DNA of 64,000 nucleotides from Podarcis filfolensis. Its lineage: Eukaryota. Of the stretch, positions 62,820 through 64,000 are shown in pieces (position 1 is the first letter of the stretch; each line of letters starts with the position of its first letter). The notes beneath the pieces were generated by a model. That model worked only from the letters and a program-made list of their open reading frames with translations, did not search any database and was not told the origin of the DNA. The DNA lies in NCBI GenBank assembly GCA_964270895.1, contig OZ185442.1, one strand, 5' to 3'. The position numbers and the translations under genes are program-made.

Positions 62820-62859
62820 ATGCCGAGGAGGAAACAGCAAGCGCCCCGGCGCGCAGCAG
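62820..62859 (+). CDS. TSHZ3: Teashirt homolog 3, first coding exon (partial CDS; continues beyond the window)
   Basis: ATG CCG AGG AGG AAA CAG CAA GCG CCC CGG CGC GCA GCA G|gtacga = MPRRKQQAPRRAA, phase-1 donor. Recalled N-termini: TSHZ3 MPRRKQQAPRRAAAY, TSHZ1 ...RRSAAY, TSHZ2 ...KRAAGY. Kozak -3 is A. Confidence 0.93.
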
Positions 62860-64000
62860 GTACGAGCCAGGCGCTCCCCCCACATCCTCTCTTCCCAGAA
62901 TCTGCCACTCCAGGTTAGATTCCGCCCTGCACCCCGCTCCTCTCTTGACCGCTGGTTAGCCAGGCTCTCTTTCGCTCCTTCTCTCTCCCACGATTTAGGA
63001 AGCAGGGTGGGGTTGTGGGGGGTTGGTTGGTGGGAATAGCCACCCTCTCAGCGCCTTACTTTTGATTTTATTGGGGCTGAGACCCTTGGATTCCGGAGCT
63101 TTGGGGCACTTTCCTGAACTGTGCATCATCTGGGTGACTTGTACAAAGAGGGCCGTTGGGGTCCTCTTTGGCTTCCCCACCGCCTTCCTGGTTCCCTCTC
63201 CCAGTTTTTCACCCCAAATGTCATTTATTTATGGTTTCTTGTGCCAGAGGAGGTGGTTTGGCAGGCGGCACAGAGAGACGCTTAGGACCATGTGGATAAA
63301 ATTCATTCACCCAACTTTCTTTCTTTGCCTTTGGGGGTGACACCGAGAGAGGGGGGCACAACCACCAGACACCCTCTTCTTTCTGAATGGGCACTTCCTT
63401 TGACACCCTCCACGCTATTGATTTCTAATTTATAAGACTAAGCTGCACAGGAAACCAGAGCAAAGGAAAAAAAGGGGAAAAAACGGTTCTGGATATTGTT
63501 AGATGGTTGTCAAGAATCTTTTTTTACATTCCTTTTTACACTTGCCAGAGTTTGTTTTTTAGCATATCCATATACTTTTCCCTTTTAACTTTTTTTTTTT
63601 AAAAAAAGAAACTGGTCCACTTTATTTACCATCAGCAGTGCTAGCTCTTGTTAAATTTGCAAACCGGATATTTTTGTGTGTGGAAAGGCCAGGTTTGCAA
63701 AACAAATACTTCTTCCTTCCTCCATGCCTTCCTTTAAAAAACAAAACACCAAACCCCTTACCTTTTATTTTTGCAGCCCTTTTTAAGGCAAGGGGTGGGT
63801 GGAGATCTGGGTCTGGAGCAGAGTTTCCTTGGCCTGTTGCCATCCTTGATTTGATGGCTGATTGATTGCCTGTCATCCAGTTGCCTTTGATCTATTCATT
63901 CCCAATAAACCTCAATAAATCACTTGCCATGGTAACGCCAGACTCTGTATGACATCACGCACGTGGCCTGTCAGCTCTGCCAGTGTAACTTTCAGGGTTT
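62860..64000 (+). other. TSHZ3 intron 1 (5' part)
   Basis: Begins with the CAG|GTACGA donor at 62860. Confidence 0.88.

Larger units (their letters stand above)
57800..63000. promoter_or_regulatory. TSHZ3 promoter CpG-island domain
   Basis: Very GC/CpG-rich, peaking at 61700-62950 with (GCC)n/(CCT)n tracts directly upstream of the ATG. Confidence 0.85.

Noticed and set aside
59483-63039. Long ORFs in the track (59483-60202 -, 60974-61816 +, 62128-62883 -, 62363-62959 +)
   Set aside because: Low-complexity G/R/P/A-rich frames caused by stop-poor CpG-island DNA. There are no recognisable domains, and the real exon is in another frame.
1-64000. CRISPR arrays, prokaryotic operons, autonomous transposase or full-length RT ORFs
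   Set aside because: None seen. The sequence is eukaryotic and all TE copies are truncated or non-autonomous.

Overview
Vertebrate genomic DNA from a squamate, most likely a lacertid lizard. This is inferred from Sauria SINEs with (ACCTTT)n tails, Squam3-type SINEs with (CTT)n tails, CR1/L2 LINEs and lizard-type hAT, Tigger and Harbinger MITEs. The window is the upstream gene desert and 5' end of a teashirt gene. The only supportable host coding sequence is the 40-nt first coding exon of TSHZ3 (62820-62859, +, MPRRKQQAPRRAA plus 1 nt, GT donor at 62860), which the ORF track misses. Positions ~1-52 kb are TE-rich, with many nested insertions whose TSDs/TIRs can be read directly, plus interspersed unique, motif-dense candidate enhancers. 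Positions ~52-64 kb have no recognisable TEs and form a CpG-rich regulatory domain. There are two assembly gaps (5522-5732, 7306-7687). The most unusual items are a decayed Penelope-type minimal hammerhead ribozyme (14509-14554), back-to-back splice donors on both strands in a 15-bp palindrome upstream of TSHZ3, an overlapping uORF, and a PBX-HOX/MEIS/TCF/RFX motif cluster in intron 1. I found no new protein-coding system. TE family names come from recall of the families, not from a database search, and TE boundaries without a TSD are approximate.
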